DNA of 59,090 bases, counting the filler. It is 7 parts of 7 records of this genome, joined end to end, with 100 filler letters (N's around TTAATTAATTAA, not from the genome) between each part and the next. Parts side by side here need not be neighbours in the genome. Positions count along the whole stretch, not along the records: positions 20,016 to 31,031 come from SRR31156797_72660; positions 31,132 to 40,034 come from SRR31156797_72792; positions 40,135 to 51,787 come from SRR31156797_72793; 4 more parts are not named here. One strand, 5' to 3'. The notes below the pieces were generated by a model. The model saw only the letters and a list, made by a program, of their open reading frames with translations. It was not told where the DNA came from and did not search any database. Of this stretch, positions 30,151 to 40,176 are shown piece after piece. The first letter of the stretch is position 1; each line of letters begins with the position of its first letter. The position numbers were made by a program, and so were the translations under genes.

Positions 30151-31031
30151 GTGGATATGCACCGTGAGCTGTTTTTAATCAGAAACCTGTTATTGATGAT
30201 GATCCTTATCGTCGGCCTGTTTATCATGAAGACGCTGGCGGGGATTCTCCTTCCCCTGGTCATGGCCCTTTTGCTGAGCTTTCTCTATCTGCCCGTGGTC
30301 CTTTTTCTGGAAAAGAAGAGATTCCCCACCGGCATCATCGTTGCCTTTATCGCCGTCATCACCCTGGGCGCCATCGCTGTTGTGGCCAATATATTTATAT
30401 CTACCATTAACGAGATCATCGGGGAACAGGATTTTCTGATCAATCAGCTGTTCGAGAAGTTTCAGGCTATCGCGTCTCTGCTTTCCAGGTTCCCCTATTT
30501 CGAGATTGATGAAAACGCCATTCTCTCCGGTATCAACAACCTTCTGAACCGGGAGCTCATCACCTCGACGCTGGGAAGCTTCTTCAAAGGGGCGGGCAGC
30601 TTCGGATCGTCCTTTCTGATGTTCACGCTCTATTTCCTCTTCCTCCTTCCCGGTCTCTCGAGATACCAGCATTTCCTCAATTACGTGGGCGGCGACAAGG
30701 CCTACCTGGTGGATGATTATGAGACCATACAGAGGTCCGTTTCCACCTATATACTGATAAAACTGATCATCAGCCTCGTCACCGGATCCATCGCCTGGCT
30801 GATATGCGTTTTCACGGGCCTGCGCTTCGCCTTCTTCTGGGGATTCCTGACCACGGTTCTGAATTTCATACCCAGCATAGGTTCCATCATCGCGACCATC
30901 ATCCCCTCGCTCTTCGGCATCATCCTCTTCGACAGCTATCAGCAAATGATCATCCTCGCCATACTGCTCGGTATCAATCAGATGATCATCGGGAATGTTG
31001 TGGATCCGAGGATCATGGGAAACCGGCTGCG
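30151..31031 (+). CDS. AI-2E family transporter (partial)
   Basis: ILLPLVMALLL, LNFIPSIGS, IGNVVDPRIMG. Confidence 0.9.
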
Positions 31032-31131
31032 NNNNNNNNNNNNNNNNNNNNNNNNNNNNNNNNNNNNNNNNNNNNTTAATTAATTAANNNNNNNNNNNNN
31101 NNNNNNNNNNNNNNNNNNNNNNNNNNNNNNN
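31032..31131. other. Artificial contig spacer
   Basis: N44-TTAATTAATTAA-N44. Confidence 0.99.
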
Positions 31132-31147
31132 CCGCCGGAGGCATCTT

Positions 31148-31753
31148 TTATCCCTTACTCTGTCCCAACATGAAAATGCCGAAGGTGGCGAAGAGGTTGG
31201 GCAGGAAGGTAATGACTCGACCTTTTTCATCGTGGTGGTAGGTGGAAATGGCAACTTCCTTGACGATAGGCACGTTCATGTCCTCGCAAAACTGGAGAAA
31301 GTCGGTGATAGGTATGACCCGAATGTTAGGGGTGTTGTACCACTCGTAGGGGAGCTCCTTGGACATGGGCGCACGTCCTGTGAAGAACATCTGAAGCCGG
31401 TTCTTGTAGTGGGTGAAATTGGGGAACGAGACGATTCCGAGCTTGCCGACCCGAAGCATGTCCCGGATACAGGTTTCGGGATCGGATACCTGCATGAGCG
31501 CTTGGGATAAAATGACGTAGTCGAAGGCATTGTCGGGGTAATCTTCGAGTTCTTCGTAGATGTCGCCGTGAATGACGGATAGCCCCTTGGAAATGGCTTG
31601 GCCTGCAGCATCTTCGTCGATTTCTATACCCGTGCCGATGATGTGTTTTTCTTGCGTGAGGTAACTGAGCAGAGAGCCGGTTCTGCAACCGAGATCGAGA
31701 ACTTTGCTGCCCGGTTTTATCCATGACGCAATGACTTGAAGATCAAAACGCAT
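31148..31753 (-). CDS. metW: Methionine biosynthesis protein MetW
   Basis: MRFDLQVIASWI.PGSKVLDLGC, VSFPNF, LPYEWYNTPNIR; coupled to metX. Confidence 0.95.
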   Translation of the reverse strand: MRFDLQVIASWIKPGSKVLDLGCRTGSLLSYLTQEKHIIGTGIEIDEDAAGQAISKGLSVIHGDIYEELEDYPDNAFDYVILSQALMQVSDPETCIRDMLRVGKLGIVSFPNFTHYKNRLQMFFTGRAPMSKELPYEWYNTPNIRVIPITDFLQFCEDMNVPIVKEVAISTYHHDEKGRVITFLPNLFATFGIFMLGQSKG

Positions 31754-32931
31754 TATTTGTCCCCCGTGATTTCGTTGCTGACCCGATTGAGAAAGCCGGA
31801 GAGCAGCCCGTTGAGGCGATCATTGGGCAACAGAAATGCATCGTGACCCCATGGTGCTTCGATTTCGCAGAAACTGACATCCAGCCCGTTCTTTTTCATG
31901 GCTTTGACCATGGCCTTGGATTGGTAGGTCGGATAGAGCCAGTCCGATGTGAATGAGATAACCAGATAGCGGCATGATGCGCGGGAAAATGCTGAGACGA
32001 GAGACCCTTCGCCGTGCTGGTTTTCCAAATTGAAATAGTCGGCGGCCTTGGTCAGATAGAGGAAAGAATTGGCGTCGAATCGATCAACAAATTTATTGCC
32101 TTGATAACGCAAATAGCTTTCGACCTGAAAATCGGCCTCGAAATCAAAGGAAAGTTCGACGCGATCCTGAAGTCGGCGGTCGAATTTGTGGCGCATGGAT
32201 TCATCGGACAGATAGGTGATGTGTCCGACCATGCGGGCCACGGCCAGCCCATGCTCGGGGCGGCCAGTCTCGTAATAATCGCCCTTGTTCCATGTGGGGT
32301 CGGCCATGATGGCTTGCCGTGCGACTTCGTTGAAGGCGATGGCTTGGGCCGAGTGCTTGGTGGTGGTGGCGAGTGGCAGGGCAGCGCGAACCCGGTCGGG
32401 ATACCGTACAGACCATTCAAGGACTTGCATGCCGCCGACGGAACCGCCTGCAACGGCCAAAAGTGTGTCGATGCCGAGGTGATCGACAAGCCGACGCTGG
32501 CAGCGCACCATGTCGCCGATAGTTACCACCGGGAAAGAGGTTCCGTATGGGTGGTTGGTTTCCGGGTTGCGTGTCATTGGTCCGGTGGACCCCATGCACC
32601 CGCCAATGGTGTTGGAACAAATGATGAAATATTTGTCCGTGTCGATGGGCTTGCCCGGTCCGACCATGAGATCCCACCAACCGGGCTTGGGATCTTCTTC
32701 ATTGTAATATCCGGCAACATGGGAGTCACCGGTCAGGGCATGGCAGACGAGGATGGCGTTGGACTTGTTCTCGTTCAGCGTGCCGCAGGTCTCATAGGCC
32801 AGTGTTACCGATGGCAGAATGCGGCCTGAGTCCAGAGTCAGTCCAGAACCGCCTTCGTCAAATGTGAAGGCCTCTTTCTTGACCAGTCCCATGGATGGCC
32901 CGTCAGCATTGTGTTCAATATATTCGCTCAT
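31753..32931 (-). CDS. metX: Homoserine O-acetyltransferase MetX
   Basis: CHALTGDSH, GGSVGGMQ, SDWLYP, GHDAFL. Confidence 0.95.
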   Translation of the reverse strand: MSEYIEHNADGPSMGLVKKEAFTFDEGGSGLTLDSGRILPSVTLAYETCGTLNENKSNAILVCHALTGDSHVAGYYNEEDPKPGWWDLMVGPGKPIDTDKYFIICSNTIGGCMGSTGPMTRNPETNHPYGTSFPVVTIGDMVRCQRRLVDHLGIDTLLAVAGGSVGGMQVLEWSVRYPDRVRAALPLATTTKHSAQAIAFNEVARQAIMADPTWNKGDYYETGRPEHGLAVARMVGHITYLSDESMRHKFDRRLQDRVELSFDFEADFQVESYLRYQGNKFVDRFDANSFLYLTKAADYFNLENQHGEGSLVSAFSRASCRYLVISFTSDWLYPTYQSKAMVKAMKKNGLDVSFCEIEAPWGHDAFLLPNDRLNGLLSGFLNRVSNEITGDK

Positions 32932-32977
32932 GCCCGTGAAAGTACGGCAGAGCGGTTTGAGGGTCAATGGCAGGCTG

Positions 32978-33388
32978 TCAGAACTCGTTGTTCATGATCT
33001 TTAGACAGCGTAACAGGGTGTCGTGGTCTTCAGGTGGACAAGCTCCGACGAGTTCTTCGGTCAACTGCAAATGCAGCCTGTCGTGTTCTTCGAAGAGAGC
33101 ATCTCCCTTGTCCGTCAATTCGACGTTGATGGACCGACGGTCAGTGTCGTGGGGTTTGCGGCGGACGCATCCCTTTGACTCCAGCCTGTCCACAAGCACA
33201 GTCAGTGTACCAGTGGTGATGCCCATGGCTTCGGCCAGCTCCTTCATACGCATGGCCCCATGGATGCCGAGAATTTCCAGAGTATGCATTTGTGGCAGGG
33301 TCATGCCTTTTTCCCGTACCACATCGTGTTCCCACGATGAGAGTTTTTCAAAGAATTCGATAATGGCGTGGTTGATTTTGTTGATCAT
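32978..33388 (-). CDS. MarR-family regulator with AdcR/ZitR-like metal-ligand pattern
   Basis: wHTH with DRR; SWEH, QMH and EEHDRLH. Confidence 0.88.
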   Translation of the reverse strand: MINKINHAIIEFFEKLSSWEHDVVREKGMTLPQMHTLEILGIHGAMRMKELAEAMGITTGTLTVLVDRLESKGCVRRKPHDTDRRSINVELTDKGDALFEEHDRLHLQLTEELVGACPPEDHDTLLRCLKIMNNEF

Positions 33389-33397
33389 GGTCGTCTC

Positions 33398-34135
33398 CTA
33401 AGTCGTAGATGTATACAGACTGTATGCACCAAAGGCTATGGTCATGACACCGGCAGTTCGCATGACCATAGGTTCGACCCAATCCTGTTCAAGCGTGCGA
33501 ACGAAACCCGCCGCCTTGTATATCGCATAAATGACTGTTCCAAGAGCGATGGCCGTGCCGATGGCATATGCACCGAATACCATAGTTCCTTTGAGCAGGC
33601 TCCCTGAGTCCAGAGCATATGTATACATGATAGCCACTGTCGGACATGGCACGATCATGTTGACGAAACCAATGGAGAACAATCCCCACGTTGTGATGCT
33701 ACGGGCAGAAGGAACCTTGTGAGTGTGGCCACAACTACCGTGGCCGTGCTGACATGTGTGTTCGTGCTCATCATTGTGTGAATGCGTATGCTCGTGGTTA
33801 TGGTCATGGTCATGATTGTGCAGCAAGGAAGGTTTGACGATAAGGATGAGTCCAAGTGTAAGGAGTATCCCAAAGGTGATGATATCAATATAAAAAGAAA
33901 AGGATGCCGGGATGGCCAAAGAAATGGAACCGAGGGTCAGGCCGATGATAAGACAAGCAAGGGAAGTGCCGATAATGAATGCTGAGGTGAGGGAGAACAC
34001 ACGTTTCCCTTTTTTTTCGCCATACACAAATGGAGCCAGAACCAACCATGAGTGGCCGCATGGGTTTACGCCATGAACAAGGCCAAGCACGATGCTACTT
34101 TGAAGGGCTACCCAGAAAATTGAATCTAAAGGCAT
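33398..34135 (-). CDS. His-rich UreH/RcnA/TauE-like metal permease
   Basis: GLVHGVNPCGHSW, His-rich loop HNHDHDHNHEHTHSH, VPCPT; about 6 TM. Confidence 0.8.
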   Translation of the reverse strand: MPLDSIFWVALQSSIVLGLVHGVNPCGHSWLVLAPFVYGEKKGKRVFSLTSAFIIGTSLACLIIGLTLGSISLAIPASFSFYIDIITFGILLTLGLILIVKPSLLHNHDHDHNHEHTHSHNDEHEHTCQHGHGSCGHTHKVPSARSITTWGLFSIGFVNMIVPCPTVAIMYTYALDSGSLLKGTMVFGAYAIGTAIALGTVIYAIYKAAGFVRTLEQDWVEPMVMRTAGVMTIAFGAYSLYTSTT

Positions 34136-34162
34136 ATGAATCTCTTTTGTTTGAATGTGATA

Positions 34163-34212
34163 TAGTTTGAATATCAAGATTCATAATTCTGGTTTAGTTT
34201 GATAGTCAAGAT
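34163..34212. promoter_or_regulatory. Tandem palindromic operators (putative MarR sites)
   Basis: TAGTTTGAataTCAAGAT (34163-34180) and TAGTTTGAtagTCAAGAT (34195-34212); the second contains the minus-strand TTGACT. Confidence 0.7.
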
Positions 34213-34313
34213 AAAATGGCAAAAAGAAGGAAACGTCTGTAATCAACGTTTCCTTAGCGTTTTTAAAAACCGGTAAATCAGTATGTTATACGATCCCGAC
34301 GAGGTTGGTTTTG

Positions 34314-35624
34314 TTATTTCGATTTTTTGTTGTTTTCCAGCGTTACTGTCAATTCCGAACCGGATTTGAGGAACAGGTCGCGTTGCGGGAACGGAAATTC
34401 AATGCCGTGTTCATGGAACAGGTTCCATATGTTGAGAAGTACCTCGCTTCGCACGTTGGCGACACCGCTTTCCGCGTCGCTGATCCATATGCGGAGTTGA
34501 AGGTCTACTGAGTTGTCACCGAAACTGATGAGTCGGGAGGCCGGGCCTGGATTGCGGAGGGCGCGCTTGACGCCTGTGCATGCGGAGATCAGGAGCTCCA
34601 GTGCCTTTTCGACATCGGAGTCATAGGCAATGCCTACCGGAATTTTGATACGGACGTTTTTGTCTTTGTGGGTCCAGTTAATGACCTCGCCGGAAATGAG
34701 CAGCTCGTTGGGAATGAGATATTCCATCCCATCACGGGTGAGGATGGAGGCGTAGCGTCCGTGCATTTCGCTGACGACACCAAAGACCGTGCCGACCTCA
34801 ATGGTGTCCCCCGGCTTGATGGATTTGTCCATGAGCAAGAGAATGCCTGCCACATAGTTGGAAAAGATGGTTTTGAGGCCGAACCCGATACCAACACCGA
34901 GTGCGCTTGAAAAAATGGCGAGGCTGGTCAGGTCGATGCCCACGCTGGACATGGCGAACAGAATGGCCGCTGTATATAGCCCAGTCTTGACCGCTTTGGT
35001 CATGAGCACCTGAACCGAAGGAGACAATCCTGAAATGGCGTTAATACGGTTCGTGGCGAATTGAGCAACAATGACTGCGGCCTGGAGGAACAGTGCGGCC
35101 AGCGCCATGCCTTTGATGACCCCAAAGGCCGTGAAGGACGTCTCGCCGACGGTGATGCGCAGGCCTTCCAGAAAACCCGTGATTGGGGAGAGCAACCCGA
35201 AGATGCTGAGGGCGGCGACGGTCCATACTATTACAGCCACGCCACGTGCGAGTGTGTGGTTGGGCATCATGCTTGTCAGGAAGCGGATAATGATCCAGGC
35301 CACAGCCAGATCGCTGGCTGCGTCAAGTACTCGGGGCGTTAAATCCATGGACCAGAATATCGCTGCGCAAACCTGCATTAAAACGATGAACAGGGCCACA
35401 TTGCCAACGTCCACCAAGGCCCTGAGTAGGGAGCGGCCAAGGTCGTTTTCAATAGTATCGTCCACCCATGCGAACAAGCGGCGTTCCAGACCTCGCCAAA
35501 GAAGGACTGTCAACAGATAGGCACCGAAAACGCATCCCCATTGGGCGAGCATTACTCCGGTCAGTACCGTGGAGTGAAGCCAGTCATTCAGGAATTTGAT
35601 CGCGAATTCTATTTTTTCTTGCAT
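34314..35624 (-). CDS. MscS-family mechanosensitive channel
   Basis: ALGVGIGFGL, IKPGDTIEV, IPNE, GIEFPFPQRDL. Confidence 0.93.
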   Translation of the reverse strand: MQEKIEFAIKFLNDWLHSTVLTGVMLAQWGCVFGAYLLTVLLWRGLERRLFAWVDDTIENDLGRSLLRALVDVGNVALFIVLMQVCAAIFWSMDLTPRVLDAASDLAVAWIIIRFLTSMMPNHTLARGVAVIVWTVAALSIFGLLSPITGFLEGLRITVGETSFTAFGVIKGMALAALFLQAAVIVAQFATNRINAISGLSPSVQVLMTKAVKTGLYTAAILFAMSSVGIDLTSLAIFSSALGVGIGFGLKTIFSNYVAGILLLMDKSIKPGDTIEVGTVFGVVSEMHGRYASILTRDGMEYLIPNELLISGEVINWTHKDKNVRIKIPVGIAYDSDVEKALELLISACTGVKRALRNPGPASRLISFGDNSVDLQLRIWISDAESGVANVRSEVLLNIWNLFHEHGIEFPFPQRDLFLKSGSELTVTLENNKKSK

Positions 35625-35648
35625 GGGCAGCCTTATGTCCGGTGAGTG

Positions 35649-36512
35649 TTAGCTTCGGGCCATCAGGTCGATAACTGTTCCTGCAAACAAGGCCACGGAA
35701 ATAACGCCGTTCATGGTGAAGAAGGCGACGTTCACACGACTCATGTCGTCGGGTTTGACGAGCAGGTGTTCGGCCATGAGAATAAGTCCCATTGCCGAGG
35801 CTGTGATGAAGTAGATGACGCCAAGGCCTGCGGCCCAGCCTGCAAGCAGGAAGAATGCTGCGGTGGTCGCATGACTCAAGGTGGAGATGCCGAGTGCGGC
35901 AGGCACACCCAGTTTGGCCGGGATGGAAAACAGGTTTCGTTCGCGGTCAAAGTCTGCATCCTGACAGGCATATAACAGGTCAAAACCTGCGACCCACATG
36001 GTTACACCGCAAAAGAGCAGGACTGCTGGCAGAGTCACGGTTGGTTCTACACACAACCAGCCAGCAACCGGAGCCAATCCCAGTACCGAACCGAGTGCGA
36101 AGTGGCACCAGTAGGTGAACCGTTTGCAAAAGCTGTATGAGGCGGACATGATCAGGGCAACCGGCGACAGTTTGAGGCACAGAGGATTCATCATGGCGCA
36201 GGCAACGATGAAGACCACGGCGGTTCCCACAATGAACATCAAGGTGAAGGCCGTTGAGAGTTCGCCTGTGACCAGTTCTCGTTTCTGAGTGCGTGGATTT
36301 TCGCGGTCGATGTCGAGGTCCGCATATCTGTTGAAGGCCATGGCGAATGAGCGGACTGCGACCATGGCCACTGTCAGTACAGCCAAATTGTAGAATCCCG
36401 GCCAGCCGTCTGCAGCCAGAAATGCGCCCATATATGCAAAAGGCAGGGCAAAGATCGAGTGTTCAATTTTGATCATCCGGCACACCGTGCCGAGGTCTTT
36501 GACGAGTTTCAT
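35649..36512 (-). CDS. ubiA: UbiA-family prenyltransferase (futalosine-pathway MqnP-like)
   Basis: IKIEHSIFALPFA, FNRYADLDIDRENPRT, FDLLYACQD. Confidence 0.88.
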   Translation of the reverse strand: MKLVKDLGTVCRMIKIEHSIFALPFAYMGAFLAADGWPGFYNLAVLTVAMVAVRSFAMAFNRYADLDIDRENPRTQKRELVTGELSTAFTLMFIVGTAVVFIVACAMMNPLCLKLSPVALIMSASYSFCKRFTYWCHFALGSVLGLAPVAGWLCVEPTVTLPAVLLFCGVTMWVAGFDLLYACQDADFDRERNLFSIPAKLGVPAALGISTLSHATTAAFFLLAGWAAGLGVIYFITASAMGLILMAEHLLVKPDDMSRVNVAFFTMNGVISVALFAGTVIDLMARS

Positions 36513-36532
36513 GTGGTGCCTGTTTTTTATTA

Positions 36533-36976
36533 TTAATACCTGTTTATCAGCGTTGCCCCGATGATGAGGAGGAAAACGCCGGCTATTCTCTGCCAGGAAA
36601 CGGTGTGTACGTTAAAGCTTATTAATCCGTAGTGGTCAAGGATCAAGGCGGCGATGAACTGTCCGGCCAGAAGCCATGCCATCATGGTCGCCGCGCCAAG
36701 TTTGCCCGCCAGAATGATGATGGCGAATACAAAGAACGCGCCCAGTGCGCCGCCTGTCCATGCCCATATCGGGGCGGATGTTGCCATGCCCATGGAGGGG
36801 ATGGGGGCTTTGGTGGCAAACGCGTATGCGAGCAGGACCAATGTGCCGACGGCGAATGAGGCCGTGGCTGCCCAGATGGGGTCTCCCAGTGATCCTTTCA
36901 GTCGCAGATTGATTCCTGCCTGTACCGGCATCATAGCTCCGGCCAGCAAAGCGAATAAGACATACATCCATTTCAT
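36533..36976 (-). CDS. DMT-superfamily transporter (YdcZ/DUF606)
   Basis: PVQAGINLRL, WAWTGGALGA, GQ..AALILDHYG. Confidence 0.9.
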   Translation of the reverse strand: MKWMYVLFALLAGAMMPVQAGINLRLKGSLGDPIWAATASFAVGTLVLLAYAFATKAPIPSMGMATSAPIWAWTGGALGAFFVFAIIILAGKLGAATMMAWLLAGQFIAALILDHYGLISFNVHTVSWQRIAGVFLLIIGATLINRY

Positions 36977-37149
36977 GACGACTCCAGTGTGGTTTGTCAT
37001 TTGAAATACTATCGCTGTTTAGAGCGTTCGTCCATGGATTTGGGATTGGAATTACGCGGAATTGTTTGTTGTCTGTAACCGAAGTGGCACCCTTTACGTT
37101 CTCGAAATCTTTATGAAGGTATCGAATCAATCAGACAGGGAGGACCCTA

Positions 37150-37497
37150 ATGACCAAGACACAGATCAAGGAAATTCGTATGCACCTCGTACAGGGGTTG
37201 AACACCATGACAGAGCCTGACGTTGATGAAGCTCTGGTCGTGGAAAATTGTCCGGACGATACCGATTTTGCATCTCAACTGGCTCAACATGGGCTGAATG
37301 TATCAATACATCGACGTCGTGTGACCCGAATTCGGGAGATGGAAGACGCACTTCGGCGGTTGGCAGAAACCGATTACGGCGTGTGCGAGGAATGCGGCGA
37401 AGAGATCGGCGTTGCCCGACTCAAAGCCAATCCTGCGGCTCGGTTGTGTGTTCTTTGTCAGTCTGCGGCGGAAGAAGGGCTTACACGTTGTGCTTAA
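37150..37497 (+). CDS. TraR/DksA C4 zinc-finger protein
   Basis: DDTDFA (DxxDxA), YGVCEECGEEI...RL.A.P...LCVLCQ. Confidence 0.92.
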   Translation: MTKTQIKEIRMHLVQGLNTMTEPDVDEALVVENCPDDTDFASQLAQHGLNVSIHRRRVTRIREMEDALRRLAETDYGVCEECGEEIGVARLKANPAARLCVLCQSAAEEGLTRCA

Positions 37498-37523
37498 CGC
37501 ACTTTTCCCCCATGGAGGTTCCC

Positions 37524-39956
37524 ATGGCTGGCTTTAAGTTTTCCGTGGACATGCATGTTCATTCCAAATTTTCCACCCGTCCGTCGCAATGGATTTTGCA
37601 AAAGATCGGGTGCCCGGAAAGTTTCACCGAACCACTTGATTTGTACAACATTGCCCGCGCTCGTGGCATGGATATGGTCACTATCACTGATCATAACACC
37701 ATTGATGGTGCGTTGGAGATAGCCCACTTGCCGGGGACGTTTATTTCTGAGGAGATCACGACATATTTCCCGGAAGACAAGTGCAAGCTTCACGTGCTTG
37801 CTTATCATATATCCGAGTCGCAGCATGACGACATTCAACGATGCCGTGAGAATCTGTTCGATCTTGTTCCCTATCTACGGGAACAGGGCATCGTCCATGT
37901 CCTGGCGCACCCGCTTTTTGCCGTCAACGACCGCCTGACGCCTGCCCATTTTGAGCAGGCGTTGCTGCTTTTTGACGTGTTTGAGGAAAATGGTACCCGC
38001 GACGCTCGGCAGAACAAGACGCTCCGGGACATCATCACCAAGCTGACGCCTATGGATATCGAGCGCATGTCAAACACCTACGGCATCAAGCCTCATGGAG
38101 ATGTCCCGTGGGAAAAAGGGCTGACCGGCGGGTCTGACGATCACAGTTCGCTCAACATTGCGCGCATGTATACCCGGTTTACGGGTGGACCGTGCATCAA
38201 CAGTGTTTTGGACGGCGTGGTGAATCATACATGCGCACCCGCTGGGACACCGGCCACACCCCGCACCATGGCGCATAATCTGTACGGCATCGGCTATCAG
38301 TTCTATTGTTCACGAACGGGGAACATGCGGCCTGAGGTGTCGGAATATCTGTGCTTTCGATTTCTCAAGTCGATACTGGCCCCGGGTGAGGAAAAGAAGC
38401 CGACGCTTTCCACTTTTTTTCAGCGACTCATCGGGCGAGGCAAGGCTACTTTGCATAGAGAATACGGCCCGAGCGACTCCGTGCAGGAGCTGTTGCTCAA
38501 GGAAGCCGGGGATATTATCGCCCACGACCCTACGTTGATGCGTATTGCACAGGGCAAGGTCAACGATGTGGTTGAGCTGGAAAAGGAATGGGCGCGATTT
38601 GTTTCACTTGCGGCCAACCGGGTTCTTTCCGAATTTGCGGATCGGACGCTGAACTCGGTGCTTGGCGCGAATCTGTTTGATGTTTTTCATTCCATTGGAT
38701 CGGCGGGGTCGCTCTATGCCCTGCTTGCTCCATATTTTGTCGGGTATGATCTTTTCTCCTCGGAACGCAGTTTTTCTCGGGAATGCATGGCCCGGTTTCA
38801 GCATAAAAAGAGTTCTCGAACCGGCGATGATCTTAAAATAGCACATTTTACGGATACCTTTGACGAGATCAATGGCGTGGCCCGGACCATTCGACAACAG
38901 CTCAAAATGGTGGCCCGTCACGGCAAGGATATGACCGTGATAACCTGCGGAGCCAATGCGGATGTTCCCGGTGCGGTCAGCTTTGCTCCGGTAGGGCGGT
39001 TTTCTGTTCCTGAATACCCGGAAATAACGCTTTCCTATCCACCGTTTCTGGAAATGCTGACGCATTGTTTCGAGCAGGAGTACGATTGCATTTTGGCGGC
39101 AACTCCCGGTCCGGTCGGTTTGGCGGCTCTTGCCATATCTAGGATATTGAAGCTTCCGTTTCACGGCACATATCACACGGCGTTTCCCGAATACGTGGGA
39201 GCGTTCACCGAAGATGCGGCCTTGGAAGACGGATGTTGGCGGTATATGAGTTGGTTTTATAACCAGATGCAGGTCATTTATGCGCCGTCCGAGGCAACCA
39301 AGTTCGAGTTGGCCGACAAGGGAATCGACCCGGAAAAAATCGTAACTTACCCACGCGGTGTGGACACGGATCGTTTTCACCCGGATAAGCGTAACGGCTT
39401 TTTCAATCAGTTTGATGTGGGTAGTCGGACCAAGCTTTTGTACGTGGGGCGCGTGTCCCGCGAAAAGGGTTTGGATGTGCTTGCCGAGAGTTTCAGGAAG
39501 GCCGTGAAGATGCGGGATGGATTACAGCTTATCGTGGTGGGTGACGGTCCCTATCTTAAGGAGATGCAACGTATACTCCGGGGCATGCCAGTGACGTTTA
39601 CCGGTGTGCTCAAGGGAGAACCGCTTGCACAGGCCTATGCCTCGGCTGACCTATTCGTCTTTCCTTCGGCCACGGATACTTTCGGTAATGTGGTGCTGGA
39701 AGCCCAATCTTCAGGCCTGCCCGTTATTGTCACGGACAAGGGAGGTCCGGCAGAAAACGTCCTGCCCAATGAAACCGGCCTCATTGTCCCGGCCGACAAC
39801 CCCGATTCACTGCTCCGGGCCATCATCCACATGGTCGACACCCCGGAGCGCATCGAATACATGCGCCTCAAAGCCCGTGCCCACGTGGAAAAGCGCACCT
39901 TCGACGCCACCTTCCTCAAAACCTGGGAAATTTTTGGATCACACGTCGCCGCCTGA
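37524..39956 (+). CDS. PHP-domain / GT4 glycosyltransferase fusion
   Basis: DMHVHS, TDHNT, AHP, GGSDDH then DTFDEINGVA, YVGRVSREKG, DTFGNVVLEAQSSG; ATG after GGAGG. Confidence 0.9.
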   Translation: MAGFKFSVDMHVHSKFSTRPSQWILQKIGCPESFTEPLDLYNIARARGMDMVTITDHNTIDGALEIAHLPGTFISEEITTYFPEDKCKLHVLAYHISESQHDDIQRCRENLFDLVPYLREQGIVHVLAHPLFAVNDRLTPAHFEQALLLFDVFEENGTRDARQNKTLRDIITKLTPMDIERMSNTYGIKPHGDVPWEKGLTGGSDDHSSLNIARMYTRFTGGPCINSVLDGVVNHTCAPAGTPATPRTMAHNLYGIGYQFYCSRTGNMRPEVSEYLCFRFLKSILAPGEEKKPTLSTFFQRLIGRGKATLHREYGPSDSVQELLLKEAGDIIAHDPTLMRIAQGKVNDVVELEKEWARFVSLAANRVLSEFADRTLNSVLGANLFDVFHSIGSAGSLYALLAPYFVGYDLFSSERSFSRECMARFQHKKSSRTGDDLKIAHFTDTFDEINGVARTIRQQLKMVARHGKDMTVITCGANADVPGAVSFAPVGRFSVPEYPEITLSYPPFLEMLTHCFEQEYDCILAATPGPVGLAALAISRILKLPFHGTYHTAFPEYVGAFTEDAALEDGCWRYMSWFYNQMQVIYAPSEATKFELADKGIDPEKIVTYPRGVDTDRFHPDKRNGFFNQFDVGSRTKLLYVGRVSREKGLDVLAESFRKAVKMRDGLQLIVVGDGPYLKEMQRILRGMPVTFTGVLKGEPLAQAYASADLFVFPSATDTFGNVVLEAQSSGLPVIVTDKGGPAENVLPNETGLIVPADNPDSLLRAIIHMVDTPERIEYMRLKARAHVEKRTFDATFLKTWEIFGSHVAA

Positions 39957-40034
39957 TCTCGTTAAAAAGGAAGAAGTCCCAAGATATTTAAGAATGCCTT
40001 TGGCTATTTATCTTTCAATTCCGGGTGCCGTTCG

Positions 40035-40134
40035 NNNNNNNNNNNNNNNNNNNNNNNNNNNNNNNNNNNNNNNNNNNNTTAATTAATTAANNNNNNNNNN
40101 NNNNNNNNNNNNNNNNNNNNNNNNNNNNNNNNNN
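40035..40134. other. Artificial contig spacer
   Basis: N44-TTAATTAATTAA-N44. Confidence 0.99.
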
Positions 40135-40176
40135 CAACTCCATTTGTTTGTCATAATTCCACCTTTAAAAAGATCC

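Noticed and set aside
33720-33825. Short tandem-like repeats (TGGTCA/TGTG)
   Set aside because: Codons of the His-rich loop, not a DNA repeat or CRISPR array
37248-37523. N-terminal extension of the PHP-GT4 ORF
   Set aside because: Overlaps dksA; GGAGG + ATG at 37524
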